This document shows, piece by piece, positions 11,344-23,010 of a stretch of DNA of 64,000 nucleotides. The stretch lies in contig CM000207.1 of the NCBI GenBank assembly GCA_000002445.1, positions 256,001 through 320,000 of the forward strand, read 5' to 3'. The first letter of the stretch is position 1. Each line of letters begins with the position of its first letter. Source of the stretch: Trypanosoma brucei (taxonomy: Eukaryota). A model generated the notes under the pieces. The model searched no databases. It was not told where the DNA came from and was given only the letters and a program-made list of their open reading frames with translations. Made by a program: the position numbers and the translations under genes.

Positions 11344-12801
11344 ATGTACATTCAGGCTTCTGTGGTCTTTTCAGCGCTAATGTTGAAGCTGCTAAGCGCC
11401 AGCATCTGTACGGCCGAAAAGATTACGGACGCCAATGCTGTTTCGACACTAACCACAACGTGCGACGCAGCACAGTTGCTTCAAGCAACAGCAGCACATT
11501 ACGAAGCCAAAGTAACCGCAGCAGCAAGCGTCGCGGCCTCCAACTCGCTGCTTCTCAGTCAATGGGCATTAGCAGCCGCGGCAACGCAAGGAAAGGAACA
11601 AAAAGCATTCGCCCTTCTTCAGGCGCACGCCAACAAGGGGCTCCGTACGGCGGCAAAAGCACTAGAAGCAAACATCGTACAGATCCTCAAGTTCAAAACG
11701 GTAGTGTCAGCCAAAATAGGGATTCTGGCACATCATGCCGCCAGCAAGGCAGGAGAACAACCCGCAGACAAGAAACAGACCGACACCACATTCGACAACA
11801 CTCCAAGCAGCGGCGGCAACAAAGGCGTCGTCAACGACTACCAGATCAAGCCGGAGAATATATGCACGCAAGACCAAAAAGGCGCCATCGGCAGCGGAAA
11901 AGACACTCTGCCGACCCCACTCAAAAAATCGGCTCCACTTACACCGGATACTGCACTAACGAAACTAAAGCTATCAACAGGAATTCAGATAGCTTGCACA
12001 GGAACAAGCCCTCAGTGGAAGTCAAGCGCCAATGAGCTAGGCTGCAGCAGCACAGGCAGCACGGCATTGCTTGGCAACGTGCTAAAAGCACAACTATTCG
12101 AAGCAGACACGGCAGCGGCAGAGCAACTGACAACAAACGAAGACGGCAGCGGCGACTGCAAATCCGATTACCCCGAAAAAGTTAGCTACTAGCCAAGCAA
12201 CGCAGAGGTAGCAAATGCTCTGTGCCAGGCAAGGAAGAAAATACAACCGATGCCAACAGACCTAAAAGACACAACGCTAGCGATGTTAAAAGCGGATCCA
12301 GATTTCAGGAAGCTAATTAGGCAGACCATCCAAGAAAAGGCGCCTGACACTAGCAGCGTGGACAAAGAAATAGACGATATATACGAAACAGACGCTACTG
12401 CTTTCAAAGACAAATTCTTAACAAAAATAGGCCAGCGAACGGCAAAAGTATGGGAAAGCGGCAAACTAAAAGACAAAAAATACTCGGAACTATCTTCACC
12501 TGAACAGCTAGCAGCAGCGCATGCACATGCCGCACAGCAACGCCTGTTTGACGAACAAGTAAAAGAAAAGAAACTAGCACCCAAACCAAAGGAAATGGAC
12601 TGTAAAAACAAGGTTAAGGCTGATTGTAATGGTGAGTGCAAATGGGAAGGAACTAATGATAAAGGTGAGTGCAAAGCTAAAGGTGGGGAAGACGGAGTGA
12701 AAGCGGAAGGAAAAGATGGGAAAGCCACAAACACCACAGGAAGCAATTCATTTGTCATTAATAAGGCTCCTCTACAGCTTGAGTTTTTGGTTCTAGTATA
12801 A
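11344..12801 (+). pseudogene. VSG: VSG pseudogene (VSG4) with a single in-frame TAG at 12190-12192
   Basis: ORF 11302-12192 (signal peptide MYIQASVVFSALMLKLLSASICTAEK from 11344) and ORF 12250-12801 are in the same frame, separated only by ...KVSY*PSNAEVANAL.... The C-terminus ...CKNKVKADCNGECKWEGTNDKGECKA...GKATNTTGSNSFVINKAPLQLEFLVLV* is a GPI signal. 16-mer tatttgatatattttaacacc at ~12836. Confidence 0.8.
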
Positions 12802-12859
12802 TTTTTTTCCTCTAAACTTCCTTTAAGAACTTTTCTATTTGATATATTTTAACACCTAA

Positions 12860-13640
12860 AAATACAACCGAGAAATTATTATTGTTGGCTTCCTGCACGT
12901 GTAAATTTTTTTATAGCTAAAAATTTTCTCTTTTTTTTTTGTTTTTTTGTCTAGCAAACAAAAAAGCTAAAAAGGGGGTTAGAGAGGGTTCTCCGGCTCA
13001 GGATCAGTCTTATCGTTATGGTTATTTGGGTTAGGGTTAATTTTTCTCTAACTGTTTTTTTATTTAATTGTTTTTTCTTCTTTTTTCTTTTTTTTCACAA
13101 TACGTTGCTAATTTTTTAATTTTTTTAAAGTGATGCAGCGGCCGTTTTTTTATGCGGACCCTAACCCTCCTCCCCCCCCAGCCGAGCAGCGGACTTTTTT
13201 TTTCCACCCCCGCCGCCAACTGATTTTGTTTTTTTTCCATCCGCGGCGTCGCCACGACTTGTTTTTTTTTTACGCTTAAATTTTTTTAAAGACTTTTTGA
13301 TTTATTATTTTCACCGCTTAATTTTTTTTAAGCGGCAGCAGGCACTTGATTTCCTCCCTCCTCCCATTCCTTTTAGCTTTTGAAAATTTTTAAATTTTAT
13401 TTTCATTTGTAGCTTTGTTAAATATATTTGTAACGGCGTCCCGGTTTTTTTAAAAAGCAGTTGGCCACCTTATTCGGAAACCAGCCATCTTCAATTAATT
13501 TTTTTCCTATATTCGCTATCAGTAAGCCAGCGATGCCATCAACGCCCATTTTGCCGTTTTGAATTTCAGCCCTACGACTAACGAAAGGGATCTCTTTAGA
13601 AGCTAACAGCAGAGGAACAGAATAGATGCAAAGCTGTCAC
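12860..13640. repeat. Telomere-derived, T-rich block downstream of VSG4 (copy 2 of the recurring module). Degenerate G-strand TTAGGG at ~12975-13040 and C-strand-like CCCTAACCCTCCTCCCCCC at ~13158-13188.
   Basis: gggttagagagggttctcc...ttatttgggttagggttaattttt then gtgatgcagcggccgtttttttatgcggaccctaaccctcctcccccccagccgagcagcgg; long T runs. Confidence 0.7.
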
Positions 13641-13931
13641 GAGAAAACACAAAGAAGGATGCGCAGCTGCCGGCTGCCACTATGATGACAACAAAAAAAA
13701 TGCAACCCTAAACAAGGAGTAGAAACCACAGCAGCAGGATCAGGAAAGACACCAAAATATGGAGCAGCTGCAGCCGGATGTGCAACGCATAAATATAAAG
13801 CCGCTTCTGCGGTTGACAAAACAGTCGGTAAAAAAAGTTGTGCATTTAGAAATAGTAAATATAGTGAAGACGACAAGGACATAAAAAAGTGTCGAAATAG
13901 TAGTTTTCTACTAGAAAAAAGATGGCCCTGA
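13640..13931 (+). pseudogene. VSG: Orphan VSG C-terminal-domain fragment
   Basis: Frame gives ...GSGKTPKYGAAAAGCATHKYKAASAVDKTVGKKSCAFRNSKYSEDDKDIKKCRNSSFLLEKRWP*. There is no N-terminal domain. 16-mer-like tctatattttaacatttc at ~13998. Confidence 0.65.
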
Positions 13932-14159
13932 TTGCTGTTTTTTTTATGAATTTACTATTTTAATGATTTTTATAATTTACAAGAACTTTCTATATTTTAA
14001 CATTTCTTAATTAAATTGTGAAGGTTAGTAAAAAAATTTTGTATCGTACTGGCCTTTATATACAAAGTAGCGAGGTGATAGTGCGTTAAAAATTAATGCT
14101 ATTTTAATTTCAATTTATCCTTTTATTTTCATTATTTTATCAATATTTAAGAAATACTA

Positions 14160-14295
14160 TAAAAATAATAATGATAGGAGAGTGTTGTGAGAGAGTGTAA
14201 ATACGAATATTATAATAAGAGCAGTAATGATAATTATAATAATAATAGAAGAGTGTTGTGAGTGTGTATATTCTAATATCACGATATGAGTGGCA
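14160..14295 (+). repeat. 70-bp repeat block (about 2 units) upstream of VSG5
   Basis: ataataatgataggagagtgttgtgagagagtgtaaatacgaatattataataagagcagtaatgataattataataataatagaagagtgttgtgagtgtgtatattctaatatcacgatatgagtgg. Confidence 0.85.
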
Positions 14296-15785
14296 AGAAA
14301 AACTAAATAGAATGCCAAATCGAGGCACATGTTGTCTCAGTCAAGGTTCAGTGGGGATAAGTGAGTGAGATGAAAGTGTGGGGAATATTAATATTGAATT
14401 AAATCTGGAGAAGGAGCAGTAATATAAGCACTGTGAAACGCAGAAACGAACATGGAATCATCATAGCTAGCACGACGCACGCTCGATATTGAGGAGGCAC
14501 AACAAAAATGGATGGAGCAAACGTAGCTACTATGCTGTACGTAACAGCGTCCAAAGGAGATGCTTCTGTTTCAAGCATCTCCAAAAACCACAACCAAAAG
14601 TATAAAATAGTACGTATGTAAACCCACAAAAAATGTTTTTGAAGTGGAAAGTATAAATGCCTGCACCTTTTCAATTACGTATTAGTATGCTTGCCACACT
14701 AAGACCATTCAAGGAACGAATGATTCATACAAAGGTGGCTGTAGATGGAAAGTTAGGTGCGCGTATTAATAAACAAAGAGTAGGGATGAAGGCAGTTTTT
14801 GACCACAAATTGGCAAACCTTAAACACCAGCAAGGCAAAGAGCTGCAAGATCTGAACAACAAGCAGGCAAGGAATCGTTGTCGTGGAAACCCCTCCTGTT
14901 ACTTTGTTGCTCCTGCGCTTGCAGAGTGTAGATGAAACTCTAAAAATAATAGGACCCATCAACAGCTATAAAGATTGAAACTTTAGATACAGAAAGGTTT
15001 TAAATTATTTTAGCGACAGGAGACATATATAGCGGAGAATAGGTTGGAATTTAATATATTATGAGGCCAAGGTTAGGTTTCAATTTTATAAATGGATGTA
15101 GCTTAGAGTTTCAGATTACAAAGACAGCTGTAATCTGTCACTTATTGGTTCTACGCTAAAAAAACATCATTATAAAAACTTGTGCAGCAGAAACTCTATA
15201 ACCAACACCTAGAGCATACATACAAAAAAAACGAAGAAGAATAATCTATGGAGCTCAACTAAGTGCGAGATTAGTTCCTTCCATAATACATGAACACCAA
15301 CTGACCAGAGAAGAGGTGACGCAGGTGAGAAACAAGTACGCTTTAGTAAGTAATCGGTGAAAGGAGTGGCCAAATTAGTCGCGAAACTGGTACGAAGAGG
15401 CATAGTTACGCGCTATGGGGTTCCCTGAGTGCTGGGACCTGTGTATGAAGCTGTGTGACATATAGAAGCTAGCCGGAAGACGGTGAGCAAGGTCTTGGAG
15501 TATTGTTTACAATTTCATTCCCCCAAAGCGATTGAAACCTGCTGCGCAAATGACAGAACTCTAACCTGAAGCAAAGTACAAAGCTGCTAAACCAGTATCC
15601 GGCGCCGCCTAAAAAGCATACCCTTAAAAACATATCTTTTACACACTCAACACCGCGACTTTCACCTAGCAGAAGAAAAACAAACTCAAACAACCAACAT
15701 AACCAACACAAAAGCGACAAAGGCTATATCGCACAAGACAACCAGAAAGCAGCCTGTAAACGGTGCTGTTCTATACATTTAAGGA

Positions 15786-17246
15786 ATGTTCCTAGGCACA
15801 GTGATGAAGGCCACGACAATAACTTGCTTCGCACTGAAACTGCTGTCAATGGCTGTGCTCGGCAGCCAAGACCCACAATCCACCGCGGCGATAACCGACG
15901 CCTGCACTGAAATAAGGTACATGCTAAACGTCCGCCAGCATTTCGACCAGCAAATACGCAACCTAGCCCAAGCAGCGGAAGAACTTCACAGCCAGTCAAA
16001 AGTGCTCCGACTGGCAGCAGCAAAACACGTAGGAACCAAGAAGGGCCTTGCATACACCCTACTAGCAGGACTGGCAGCGGCAAGAGAATCACAAGCGCAA
16101 AAGCACCTAACGGAATGGACGCCAAAATTTACAAACGCAATACAGGAGCTATCTGCCAGGATAGCGGTCACCGACAGCGGCCGAACAAGCGGCGGAGCGC
16201 CGACTGAAAAATACGGGTCGGCGGAAACGGACGCCACGACGGACCAGCGGCACGGCGCAACGCAGAGATGCAAGGTAAGTCTGACACTAACGCCATCTGC
16301 GCCAGCAAAGTGCAGCACCGCGTCCAGTGAAGAGAAACTTAAGAAAGCAGCAAGTGAGTTACCAGCCCTAGACAAACTGAAACTAATACAAACGAAGCTC
16401 TTCGGTCAATACAAAGCGGAGGTCAACCTGCAAAGCAAAGGCAGCTCAGCTGTAACGCGTCCAATAGCAGGAAACGCAGGCTGCGAAAGCGCCTCAGGAG
16501 CCAGCACTGACTCTGTAGACATGAAATTCCTTACGCTATCGAAACCGGCCCCTGAATTCGACACACCGAAAATAGAAGAAGACGCGGGGTGCAGGGAACC
16601 GAACCAGCAAAACGATATACACGTACACACAGCTGAGACCCTCATCCACGCCCTATGCCGCGCCCGGAAATTTCCAACGACAAACCAGCAGAAACTAGGC
16701 CCGGAATCGCTAGACAGCATCTCGAGCGACAGCACTGCACAGGAGATTGCCCTAAGACTAAGCAACAAATATAAAAAAGACCAACCGGAAAACCAAAGGC
16801 AAGAAGCGGTAAAGGATTTACTCGGGAAAGGAACGGATAGCATCCAAACCAAGTGGTTAAATGACCTCAGCAAAACGGACAGCACTCTAAAACTACAAGA
16901 TGATGCGCAACCAATAAGCATAGACGCTGCCAGCCAAACCGACTTCGATAAAGCTCTGGCCCTATTTACTGCCCAGGCATACCAGCGAGCAGTTAAACAA
17001 GAAAAAACCAGCGTAACAGAAAATCCCTCTAAAAAAACAGACACAGAAGACAAAACAGAAGAAAAGAAAGACGGGGATAATAAAACAACCGCAGCTGATT
17101 GCAAAGCCTCTTCCGAAACTAATTGTGACAAAACAAAGTGTGATTGGAACGCAGAAAAGAAACAGTGCAAAGTTAAAGAGGGAGCGGCTGTTATTTCAGC
17201 TGTAATCAAGTCCCCTCTTTTGCTTGAATTTTTGCTTCTAGCATAA
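15786..17246 (+). CDS. VSG: Apparently intact VSG (VSG5); the alternative start MKATTITCF... is at 15804
   Basis: Uninterrupted 486-aa ORF; hydrophobic N-terminus TTITCFALKLLSMAVLGSQD; CTD ...ADCKASSETNCDKTKCDWNAEKKQCKVKEG and GPI signal AAVISAVIKSPLLLEFLLLA*. 16-mer variant caaatttgacatgtttcaac at ~17320. Confidence 0.85.
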   Translation: MFLGTVMKATTITCFALKLLSMAVLGSQDPQSTAAITDACTEIRYMLNVRQHFDQQIRNLAQAAEELHSQSKVLRLAAAKHVGTKKGLAYTLLAGLAAARESQAQKHLTEWTPKFTNAIQELSARIAVTDSGRTSGGAPTEKYGSAETDATTDQRHGATQRCKVSLTLTPSAPAKCSTASSEEKLKKAASELPALDKLKLIQTKLFGQYKAEVNLQSKGSSAVTRPIAGNAGCESASGASTDSVDMKFLTLSKPAPEFDTPKIEEDAGCREPNQQNDIHVHTAETLIHALCRARKFPTTNQQKLGPESLDSISSDSTAQEIALRLSNKYKKDQPENQRQEAVKDLLGKGTDSIQTKWLNDLSKTDSTLKLQDDAQPISIDAASQTDFDKALALFTAQAYQRAVKQEKTSVTENPSKKTDTEDKTEEKKDGDNKTTAADCKASSETNCDKTKCDWNAEKKQCKVKEGAAVISAVIKSPLLLEFLLLA

Positions 17247-17499
17247 CACTTTTAAGATTTATTGACAAAACCTTTTTTTCTTAATTTTATAAAATTTATG
17301 AGACTTGCTATAATTGCTCAAATTTGACATGTTTCAACAAATTTGTAACAAAAAACTAGCATACTTTAAAAAACAAAAAGAATGTAATTTTTGTAGGAAA
17401 ATTAACTATGGTTGTAAAGTGATATGATGATAGAGTAGAAAAATTCATTTCAGAAATTTTTCTAATAACGTTTATGTCATGGATATTAGTGAGGGTTAT

Positions 17500-17575
17500 C
17501 AATAGTAATAGTAATGACAATAATGATTATGATAGGAAAGTTGTGAATTTGTATTTAATAGCATTACAATGTGGT
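17500..17575 (+). repeat. Single 70-bp repeat unit
   Basis: aatagtaatagtaatgacaataatgattatgataggaaagttgtgaatttgtatttaatagcattacaatg. Confidence 0.7.
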
Positions 17576-18470
17576 TATTCTGAAACTTGAATGAAGTGGT
17601 AAAATATAAGCACTTAAAACATTAGAAGGTGTGAAATTAACGCAAGACAGTGAGTGGGGAAATGAGTACGAGGAAGTGGGAGAGCATAAGGAATATTAAA
17701 AGAAGAAAAGAAAATGAAGGAAATAGAATATGAGTAGTGCCAAACAAAAATATGATTATGGGAATCACTATACACTGGATGATATGGAGGATATTAAATA
17801 GATAAACAGAGTCTAGTGCACATGCCAATTAGAGCCGTTACGTTATACACAGAAAAGCGGAAAAAGTATATAACGAAGGTAAGAAAACACAAAATACAAC
17901 AGTTGATTAAACGTCAGAAAAATAGTAATTTTTAAAATGTATATAGGAAGGAGCCTGTGGTCCCCCTCATTTCACACAGAAATGGATAGCTCCTATTGCA
18001 AGGATGACCGTACCAAGAACATTGGGAGTATTATTAATAATGAAACTATTGTTATGTGAGGCTTATAATCAAAAATAATGGTGGGACTGTTATGACAGTA
18101 AAATAGCCACATTCTTAGTATGTCTGAACCCCATAGTGTGCATATATACTAAAATTACCGTAGAAATGCATGGAAAAGATATGTGTAGAATGTAGGACAA
18201 CAACTAAATGCGTGTACTACGCGGAAACAACTGTAATTGAAGCTAATTTCTATAACAAAACCAGCAAATGCATACACAAAAGTTGGTTGCAAATATTGAG
18301 AATACACCACTAAACAACCATATCATAACAATACAAAATAATCACTTATATATTTCAATAGTGTTTCCTTAGATAATCATGTTCTCTCTGTGACTGATAT
18401 CTGTTTTCAATACGTTCTATGATTTTATAATATATATTCAGAGTCTTCTTTAGTATGATAACAGCACTTT

Positions 18471-19587
18471 ATGAAGCATATAGAAAATATTTATGCAACA
18501 GTGAGTTGTTTATCTTTTGTTGTTATGGGGATTAGTTTTTGTGTGTCACTGCACAGCCTCTTTGAAGATGATCTCATTTCGCTAGAAGTTGTTGAAAATA
18601 AGTATATGCAATTTGTTTCGAAGGATATGAGGAACATTTGTAAAACTGAAAATTATTTGGTTGTAGCTGGAATACCTTCATTAGATAATGATGAAAGGTT
18701 TAGAAGAAGGAATCTACAGAGAGATACATGTTGGAGTTACCCTGAAGTGGGAAGGAATTCAAATAATTTCAGTGTAAAGTTGCTTATAATTTATGTTATT
18801 TCACCTCATATAAATTACAATTGTGAGCTGAGAGAAATTGTTGGAGAAGAGGATATATAAATCAGGATATTATTATTTTACCTGTTTTCAATGTGAATCC
18901 AACAACGAATAAAAAAGTGGGAGAGGCAGGTAATTGGAGATGGGAGGCGGAGATCACGATGAGTAGAAAAACATATTTGTGGTTCAAATTTGAAGTTGAA
19001 ATATTTAAACCGTCTAATCCCTATGTAATTAAAGCAGATGATGACATATTTGTGAGGGTGCCATTATATCTAAAATATCGGTAAGTGCTCCCACGAGAGA
19101 AATTAAATGTGGGAAGAGCGGTTGGATATTATAAAGATTTTAGTGACGAAATTACATTGCATACTATTGGTTATTCACCCACACTATCTAAGGATGTGGC
19201 TAAGGAAATTGTAAATTATAAACATTTGAGAAATTAGTAAAAGCACCAATAAAATACAGACAATTTGAAAAACATATAGATTTTAAAGCCCTCAATGAAG
19301 ATATTAAGGTGGGGGAAGTTATAATAAATGAATTGAAATTGGAGGAGTTATTAACAGTTTATATGCAGGAATGCCGTTATGTAATGTATATCAAAAGACC
19401 TCTCTTTCATTTTATCAGCCAACACCTAGATGTGGTCATTTTCCATCAAATTGCATTGCAGGACTATATACATCTACAAAGGATCAACCCTGTTCGTCGT
19501 AATGGCCAACCAAAATCCCAGATCACTACAGTATCTGAAAGACACTGGGCTACGTTTGACTGCCCAGAAGATGCTTTACAGGAGTAG
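18471..19587 (+). pseudogene. GT31-like (beta-1,3-glycosyltransferase family) pseudogene split over three frames; a distinct family from the 10233/46836 copies
   Basis: ORF 18471-18860 has the N-terminal signal/anchor MKHIENIYATVSCLSFVVMGISFCVSLHS and NYLVVAGIPSLDNDERFRRRNLQRDTCWSY (compare the GT31 motif xLVxSxxxxxxRRxAIRxTW). ORF 18893-19084 has YVIKADDDIFVRVPLYL (DDD motif). ORF 19309-19587 continues in a third frame. Confidence 0.5.
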
Positions 19588-19732
19588 CAGTCGATAGCAG
19601 ACCATCTACAATCAAATGAACACCCTCAAATTCATATCTTCAAACCTGTATGCCACAGGCTCTACACAAAAGCCTTTACAGCCATATATATTCATTCTAA
19701 ATGCAGCCAAAGTAGACCAATTTCCAAAACCA

Positions 19733-21317
19733 ATGTACAAACAGCTATTAATCTTGCTATCTCTGTCCTTTAAACTGACTCAAAGTGCCGACGATGTAAC
19801 TGTGGGCGGCAACAGGCAAGCGTACAGCGCGGTCTGCGGAATTGTAGTTCTAGCGGAAGGAAATATCAATGTGCCACATGAACCAGCGATTACGTCTGAC
19901 GACTACGACTTCGTACAGCAGCTTAATTTAACGTCTTTTAGCGATGAATGGCAAAAGATGTTTTACACAAACGATACTCCTAAAAAAGTCTACAACACGG
20001 CTGACGAGGCGGGAGAAGGCAAAAAGGGTTATGAAGAATACTGGGGAGACCGGAAGAAGGCAGCAGAACAACTACTGACAACGCCGAAGCCTCCAAGACT
20101 CGAAGCGACTGGCATGAGCAAGCTAACGCCAGTACAGAGAAAACTTTCACACAGCGAGATTGCAAAACTTGCTGGGAAAGCGATGCAAATAAAGAAACAG
20201 ATCGACGGACTAGACGCTGGTAAAGTAAAAAGCGCGTCAGAGGCAGCCATACTTAAGACGGCTGTATACGGCAAAAAAGCAGCCACAGCCGACTCAACCA
20301 CACGCGTAACGGCGTTCGGGGCAGACCCCGAAAACACCGCCAGAGGAACCGTGTGCGAGGCAGGTAGCGGCAACCAAAGGGTCAAAACAGTAGCAGCCGC
20401 TCTAGCATGTCTGTGCATGCAAGCCGCCGGAGGAGGCAGTGGCAACTGGCAGTCCTCAACATGCACAAAAAAAGCAGACGGCAGAACAGGGTGGGACAGC
20501 GGCAACAGCGCACCTAAAATCGGCGACATACAAACTGCCCTCAAAGCTTGCCACAAGGCCAAAGCCAAGGAGGCGACAGTAGCCGACATTGGCAGCACAA
20601 TCAGTGGTGTGCTGTCACAAATAGAGGCTTCAGACGCCAACGGCTACATAGGCCATTTTATTCAAACAGGCTGCGACGGCAGCAAAGGCAATGCGGTGTG
20701 CGTCAAAATTACAGGCTACACAGCGGACCCAAAAGGTGCGATCGCAAAAGTGCCATGGATCCGCAGCATTCAGGAACTCACCACGGAACTAAAAAAACAA
20801 GAAGCCGTACAGAAACCGCACAAACTAAACCAAATGCTCAAGCTAGAGGCAGAAGCTGCAAACGCCATCATTGCAGAAGCAAAAGAAACGTCAGCAATGG
20901 TGCTAAGCATTCCGGCGGCAACCACAATCGGTAAGGAAAACACTGCAGCGGCAAATTGCAACAAACACAATAACTCCAAAACCGACTGCGAAAATACAGG
21001 AAAATGCAAATGGGAAGGGACAACCGATAAAGATGACCCATGCGAAGTAGATGAAAGTAAAGTTACAACTCAGAATACACACTAGGAGCAGGAGATGAAG
21101 CAGGGGGAGCGACAGATAAGTGTGTAGCCGCAAAACACCTGAGGACTGTGCAAAAGTGGCAGGAACCAAACGTGAAGGCAAAAATGCCGTTTGCAGGTTG
21201 ATCAATTATATTGATGAAAAAGGCAACTTTCAGCCAGCTTTCCGCTCTTCCAGTTTTCTTGTCAATAGGAAATTGGATCTAATGGCTACCAGAATTATGG
21301 GTTTGGAGGAATTCTAG
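19733..21317 (+). pseudogene. VSG: VSG pseudogene (VSG6): body intact to 21085, with the C-terminal GPI segment in another frame
   Basis: ORF 19616-21085 (signal peptide MYKQLLILLSLSFKLTQSADD at 19733) ends ...CKWEGTTDKDDPCEVDESKVTTQNTH*. The CTD end PEDCAKVAGTKREGKNAVCRLINYIDEKGNFQPAFRSSSFLVNRKLDLMATRIMGLEEF* is at 21120-21317 in a different frame, with a degenerate tail. 16-mer gatttggcatattttaacac at ~21412. Confidence 0.8.
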
Positions 21318-21589
21318 TGCTTTAAGGATTCTAAGGATATTTTCTCAATTTTATGAAATATTATAAAATTTTCTATTCTGAAAGAATTTACTATAATCAA
21401 TAAATTTTCTAAGATTTGGCATATTTTAACACTTTCTGATGAACATGTGGAAATTAGTGAAATTTTTTTAAAATTTAAAAATACAAAATTTTGTATGAAA
21501 GCAGCTGATATGTGTAACATAATAAGGTGATGGGATATTTAAAAATTACTGGTATTATAAAATTTCGACATTTTATTTTTTTATTTGAT

Positions 21590-21695
21590 TTAATAATAAA
21601 AAATAAATAAAAATAATGATGATGATGATAAGACAGGTTTGTGAGGGTGCATATGCTAATATTATAATTTAATAATAAGTATGATGATGTTGAAA
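21590..21695 (+). repeat. 70-bp repeat (about 1.5 divergent units)
   Basis: taataataaaaaataaataaaaataatgatgatgatgataagacaggtttgtgagggtgcatatgctaatattataatttaataataagtatgatgatg. Confidence 0.7.
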
Positions 21696-23010
21696 ACTAA
21701 ATGACAAGCAAAATAGAATCATTTAGACAATGGTAAGGTGCAATGACAAGTGAGTAATCAAGAATGAGCGTGAAATAGTTATGAATATTATTATAGAAGT
21801 AAATGCGGAAATAGGGATGAAATATACACAGTGTCAACATCAGAAAAGCTAAAAAATCATCGTAATAAATAGTACGGAGTCAGAAATCATGAAGAAATGG
21901 ACCACAGTGACCGAGTAAATGCAGCTTCTACATTGTGCGCTATGAAAGAGACTGGAGAAGTTTCTCAATTAACTTGAAGGGGAAACTAGAAAGAAAAGAA
22001 TTATAAAACGCAAATGGAAGGCTGCTGAAGAGCTTTACATGCAGTACAGAAAGTTTCAAATTATAACCCTTCTTCCCACACCACCTTAATAGCAAACCGT
22101 TAAAACAATTAAAGGAACTGCTCATGCACATATGAACACACACTGACGAGGCACTGAAAACACCAAAAATGACGAATACAAGGCCAAAGACTACCCCACT
22201 ATAAACTGCTATGTGTGTCAGGCACGAAATGTGTGAAACAAGGATCAAAGTCATGCGCATACCAGAAAATTTAGCATTATCTCGTCATTATAGATGCATC
22301 CACACAACAGGGGTTGGAAAGCATTAGAGTCACCAAAGCGTAATCAAACGATAGATGCAGCAAATATAGATATAAAACGAAATGGAATAGATTCAAAGTA
22401 GATACTTTTGTCTAAACTAAGCGCTTTTTTCAAAGAAACTAAGCAGGACGAAAACAGATTGTAGAGTTGTCCTCTAACGTTCAGCACAAATGCAAGACAG
22501 ACTACGGTATCTTTAAAAACTAATACCAACCGATGGTGCCTTACGCACTTAATATGGTACTAGAAATAAAAAGTAAGCTACCAGGGTTCTTCCTAATGTT
22601 CGGCTCACCTGACACCTCCCGAAAAAGGAAAAAACAGGAAATGCTGAAAATGTAGCAGTGCTTTTCATAGATTGTGAATTAATTACAGACCCAGCGGTAG
22701 ACCACAAAACAAGAATATCAGCGGAAGTTGGCCAGGAATAATTTCGGTCCACAACGCAAGTCTACCAACGTGGTGTTTTTCTAGACAAAAACCGGTACAG
22801 ACGATTTAAAAAACGGCTGCCTCGTGTTTCCAGACAGCGCAATCCAGGGCCGTGCATAGAGCCTGAGGGTGAAGCATAAGGGCAAACTCTAACGTAATTG
22901 TTTCTGTAGCTTTCTTTCTAGAGAAGTCAACCAGCAACGTTGTCCTGGATAAGCAGCCATAACACCGAACCTCGTAGGAAGGCAAGGAAAATTTCAACAA
23001 AAACCATAAC

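Noticed and set aside
11136-12035. 299-aa Arg/Gln/Lys-rich ORF on the plus strand
   Set aside because: Alternative frame of VSG4; the composition (RRRNKQ, RQQRRRQR) is what A/G-rich VSG codons give out of frame. It is not a real gene. The same applies to 1047-1310, 20548-20934, 30063-30407 and 48538-48819.
14657-14935. 92-aa ORF (MPAPFQLRISMLATLRPFKERMIHTKVAVDGK...) in a VSG upstream spacer
   Set aside because: No recognisable motifs, short, and in AT-rich spacer where such ORFs arise by chance; no support for a gene.
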